Assembly (NCBI GenBank): GCA_038087875.1
Contig: CM075988.1
Location: 24,740,001-24,804,000, forward strand
Reading direction: 5' to 3'
Source: Malacoraja senta
Lineage: Eukaryota
Length of the DNA: 64,000 bases
The notes below the pieces were generated by a model, which was given only the letters and a program-made list of their open reading frames with translations, was not told the DNA's origin and did no database searches. Positions 59,466 to 64,000 of the stretch are shown here, in pieces. Position 1 is the stretch's first letter. Every line of letters begins with the position of its first letter. The translations under genes were made by a program, and so were the position numbers.

Positions 59466-60237
59466 GGCTGTGATTCAGTGTAGGGAAAACTACCAAGATT
59501 TCTAAATACTTTGTATGGTTTTCATCAATTGATCTAATAATCACAATATTATTGTGGCCCTGCAAAGTCAACAGCGATCATTCCCAGGCGCACTTAAAAA
59601 AAACTTTATCCTGAAATGTGATTAATGGAGTAGGTTCAAAGAAATCTTCCATCCCTCCTGAAAAATCAAATGGACCACATTACTAATGTTGCTTTAAATG
59701 ATTAGTTTTATTGATGTGCTCTTGTGTTCAGACTGCTAATCAGGTGTTCACAACACCAAGTTATGTACTGCAAGCTGATTGTCACCCTTCCTCTCAGTCT
59801 GGCTTGAAGAATCTGCAATTCATTTTAAAACAGATGTATTAGCCCTGGTTCATTGGCTAGTGTTCTCGCCTCTGAGACAAAAAGGTTATGAGTTTGAGCC
59901 TGTCTCTGTACATAATTCAACCTTCAGCATAATTGTGGTTAATCTACACTGTACTCTGCCAACATGCTTCCATGCTTCTGGCCTTTCACCAGTTGAAAAG
60001 TAGCAGTTCTATCGTATGCAGGAGTTTTCTGAATATTGCAGGATCTCGACAAAGTGAATAAAAGGAAACTATTTCTATTGGCGGAGAGGGCAAGGGTGAT
60101 GTGAAAAAAAACATTTTCATGTCCCAAGTTGTGGTGTGGAGTGTACTGCCTGAAAGGGGAGTAGTTTGTAAAAAAGAATTAAATATATGAAGAGAAAAGA
60201 ATCGCAGGGCTGTGAGGGAAATGGCCAACTGATTTGA

Positions 60238-60537
60238 TGTTAGTTTAGTTCAGAGATGCAGCGCGGAAACAGGCCCTTTGACCCACCGAGTCCGCACCGA
60301 CCAACGATCCCCGTACACCAACTCATACCCTACACACACTAGGGACAATTTACACTTATACCAAGCCAATTAACGTACAAACGTATATATCTTTGGAGTG
60401 TAGGAGGAACCGAAGATATCGGAGAAAGCTCACGTGGTCACGGGGAGAACATATAAACTCCGTACACACAGCAACCGTACTCTGGGGCTCTGGCGCTGCA
60501 AGCTCTGTAAAGCAGCAACTCCACTGCTGTGCTGTGC
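60238..60537 (-). mobile_element. tRNA-derived SINE (HE1/V-SINE-like)
   Basis: Reverse complement of the 4244-4554 family. Confidence 0.85.
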
Positions 60538-60678
60538 CAAGATTTGCAAGAAGCTGACAGGAGCCAAATGGCCTTCTGTACTGTAATAATCCTTAAACTC
60601 AATCCAGCAATGTAAAATCATATTATTTAAAAGAAGCACTGAGGGGCTGCATTGAAGATAATATGTAATTGTTGTTTA

Positions 60679-60747
60679 GAAAAGGAATAGGTGACGTTTC
60701 AGGTCGAGACGTCTTCAGACTGAGAGTCGGGGGAAAGGGAACCAAGA
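60679..60747 (-). mobile_element. Penelope-derived cassette fragment
   Basis: AAGGAATAGGTGACGTTTCAGGTCGAGACGTCTTCAGACTGAGAGTC. Confidence 0.75.
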
Positions 60748-61680
60748 AGCAAAATCGTTGTTTATTCGACTATAAAGGACCTCCTGCCACTATCTAGATA
60801 GGATAATGCATTCTCACTGGTCTACTGATCAATCCTTGCCACTCACTGAGATAACTAAAAACATTCTACCTGGTCTTTATCTCATTGGTTTTAATAATAA
60901 TTTACTATGAACAAATAGGTGCAACTCTTGCCTCATTAGAATGGTTATGAAACTTCAAACATATTTAATTGACTGTTAAGAACTCCAGGTTTTTGCTTTC
61001 AGTACAGGCCGAATTTGCATGGTTTCAATATCCAATTGACTAAAACATATTCAGGATCGAGACAATTGGAAAAAAAATTGAAATATAATTTGCATTTAAA
61101 GTTTATCCTTTTTTTTTTGTTTCATTGAAAGCTGATTTCATAAGTGCATTTTTGGCTATCAATCTGAGTTTTGATTGATGTACTTCTGAACTTTCTAGTC
61201 CATCCTTGATGTTACATACTGATGCCACTTTTATTCTGAGGAAGGCAGATTGAAGCAACACGAAGGAATTGACTTGTGACTTGAAGGAAGTGCAAGAAAA
61301 TCCTGACTACAAAGGAACGTTTTACTTCATTCAGAGTCAACAAGACAACCCATGGGGTTATAGAAATTAGCTCTTATTCTGAAAGAATAAAAAAAAGTGA
61401 CATTACTGAGTGTTTGAATTAATATCAGCTAAGGTACTGAATGGTGAACTGATAATGATATTTGCTGTATAATGTGCATGAAAGTGAAATTAGTGGTGGA
61501 AGCATTAAAAGCAGGTTATTTCAATATATAGAGAGTTCAGGAATACATTGGCACAGAAACCTAATTAATAAAATTAAGTCAAGATGCAAAGTTTCTAAAC
61601 TTTTTGAAAGGCATGTGAAATGAAAAAGCAGAGATTGATTTCTGAGTTAGCAGTTCTGATAAGAGATGTACTGAAGTACT

Positions 61681-61814
61681 TGTGTAGGAAGGAACTGCAG
61701 ATGCTGGTTTAAACCGAAGATAGACACAAAATGCTGGAGTAACTCAGCGGGACAGGCAGCATCTCTGGAGAGAAGGAATGGGTGGCATTTCGGGTCGAGA
61801 CCCTTCTTCAGACT
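61681..61814 (-). mobile_element. Full-length Penelope-derived cassette with 16-bp TSD
   Basis: ACTGAAGTACTTGTGT (61670-61685) and ACTGGAGTACTTGTGT (61812-61827); runs from GTCTGAAGAAGGG to CCTTCCTACACA. Confidence 0.9.
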
Positions 61815-62342
61815 GGAGTACTTGTGTTTCCTGTGATACTGTGGAGAGAATTGAGTTTTATTAAATGGAGTTTAAGAAACGAGCTTCAGTTGGTCTAAAT
61901 ACCTGATGTATTCCCGGACTTTGCTTGTATTGATGCTTCAAAGACAATAAAAGTTAGTATTTAAGAACATAAGAAACAGTGGTAGGCCAATCAGACCCAC
62001 CATTCGGTAAGGTGATGGCTGATTCCATTCTATGGCACAGTCCCATTCTCTCCCTATATCCCTTCTCTCCCTTCAAAGTCCAAACGTTTGTTAAAGGTGT
62101 CAGTCCTCCATTTGCCTGTACTCTAGTCTGTGTTTGGTTTTCCCAGTGATGATGGGGCCACGGTGTGGGCACTGGTTGTAATGCACCAAGATGGAAAAGA
62201 AGGAAGTGCATTGCCGCTTCACCTGAGAGAGTTATTTGGATATTGGGAAGTGATGAATCAAAAGAGCTTATTGAATTCCCTGTAAATGCATGGGAAAACT
62301 TTGAAGCTTGATGATAGACATAAAGTAGGAAATATTCATCCA

Positions 62343-62435
62343 AAAGGACACCAAGTGTTGGAGTAACTCAGCGGGTCAGGCAGCATCTCTGAAGAACATG
62401 GATAGGTGACATTTCGAGTCAGGACCCTTCTTCAG
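62343..62435 (-). mobile_element. Penelope-derived cassette
   Basis: GGAGTAACTCAGCGGGTCAGGCAGCATCTCT...GGTGACATTTCGAGTCAGGACCCTTCTTCAG. Confidence 0.8.
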
Positions 62436-63918
62436 GTGTCTTTTTAGTGACATTTCTTGAGTGCCATGTTTTTGACCATGAGCTACTTTAATTTTCTTTG
62501 TGAATGTTCCATGAATGTCCACTAGAGAAGATAGATGGGGCATTAAATTAATATTGCATCTGCTGGAAGACACCACTTCCAACAGTGCGTAATTTCATCA
62601 GTCTGTGAATCTCTGCTGCGCCACTTAAACCCACAACCTTCAGTCTCTGCTCCCAGCTCCTCATTGCACCATTGCCAATATCTCCAGTATCATTAATTAT
62701 CCTGCTGTTTTATAACATTAGTGGTCTGTGTACACGTTGGAATTTGACATTTCGGACTTTTCTAGAGTACAGGCAAATGTCCTTAATGTCATGAGATGCA
62801 CATGTCTGGAACTTTTTTTTATAATAGTCCAGGAGAGGTTTGTATGTTTATCAGTCATGTCGTCAGGGTGAAAATCGGGTTCAATTTTATCTAATCTTGG
62901 TTTTTTGTTCCCACTTAATACATTGGCTAGAAATCCTTCCCAGACATAGATAGTGCCCCTTTTAAATGTACACATTTGAATAGGAAAAGAAAATTACTTG
63001 ATATTTGTCACAAATCAGACTCGTTTATTAGCATTGCTTTAGGCTAGAAACGAGGCCTGGCAAAGTGAGAAGGCTGCTCTCTCTCTGCTGAAGGTGGGAG
63101 TCTAACGCTGATTCCAAACTACCTCATTTTCTGCGTGAATAATCTCCTTGGGTAATAGAGTATGACTCCAAATTTCCCTGGCTTAAATGCTTTTAGGTTT
63201 TTTTTTTCAGCTCTGTCAAGGGTTTACAAATCCATGCATGCCACTCTGCAGCTGACAGGCAGACTAAAAGCATTGGGGTCAGCAGGTCATCTGTCTGGGG
63301 CTCGGAGTTCACATGTCTTTGGCTTTGATCAGTCGTGGCATATTCTTCAGATGCAGCTGCTTGTTGCAGGATATTTTATTTCCTTCCCTTTTAAACGCCT
63401 TGACATGCATTGATGTTACAAAATTATTGCGCGGTTCAGATCTCGAAATACACTAGAATAATAAAGGCAGATTGGCGTCGACAGCATAGCGCAGTGGAAC
63501 AGCAGACGAGGGCCTGTGTTTGCACTTAGTTCTCTCTGATGCAGGAATAAAATTGCTCAGGGGTTTCATGGAATGCTCTCAGCGAGAGACACGTCTCCGA
63601 TTTGCCAGTCCTCCAGGATTCACCTGGAGACCCCAGATTGATAGATTTAATACAAGCATAATCCATGTGAAAAATCATAAAGGGATTACAAATATTTTCA
63701 CCATTTTTGGACATTTGATTCTAAAAGTATTGGAATAGATAGAAGAATTAAGTATCACCCAGTAAGATCCTGCATCTATTTGCTTTCTGTGAGGTTTTGT
63801 ATAGTGGGCTTGTTTGCCTCGTTGCTTATGAGTAACTAGATGCTTGGTATAACCTCCAGGAATCGGTCTAACTGGAGTTAGCAACATTAATAGGAAAGCA
63901 ATGCTCCTCACTGGAGCA

Positions 63919-64000
63919 CATGTTCCCGATGTTGGGGGAGTCCAGAACCAGGGGCCACAGTTTTAGAATAAGGGGTAAGCCATTTAGAACGGAGACAAGG
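63919..64000 (+). mobile_element. CR1 3' fragment running off the window
   Basis: ATGTTCCCGATGTTGGGGGAGTCCAGAACCAGGGGCCACAG parallels 34100-34170. Confidence 0.8.

Noticed and set aside
1..64000. Prokaryotic or viral system (retron, DGR, defence island) around the RT genes
   Set aside because: The RTs are APE-type CR1 LINE ORF2s with microsatellite tails, coding density is very low, and there are no operons.

Overview
This is repeat-rich, AT-rich vertebrate genomic DNA, most likely from a cartilaginous fish (skate/ray-like). That assignment is inferred from the repeat repertoire: HE1/V-SINE-like SINEs, Deu-domain SINE remnants, CR1, RTE, Rex1/Babar, L2 and Penelope-like elements. I find no convincing host protein-coding exon, so the window looks intronic or intergenic. 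The only long real ORFs are two young CR1 LINE ORF2 copies in inverted orientation, about 96% identical in protein by my count: 11078-13579 (-, 5'-truncated) and 31271/31403-34339 (+, intact APE endonuclease and RT). A decayed Ty3/Gypsy element not shown by the ORF track occupies 1-3.2 kb. The most striking signal is about 25 short (70-240 bp) cassettes derived from the terminal repeat of a Penelope-like retroelement. They carry a minimal hammerhead-ribozyme core (CTGAAGA-stem II-GAAAC-GTH), often begin exactly at that core, carry their own 9-19 bp target-site duplications, nest into each other and form long fold-backs. Also present are a short structured (AAG)n-tailed retroposon with TSDs, two related MITEs, a CAGTGT/GT satellite, a diverged ~275 bp direct repeat, and several repeat-free, motif-dense blocks that resemble conserved non-coding enhancers (unverified).
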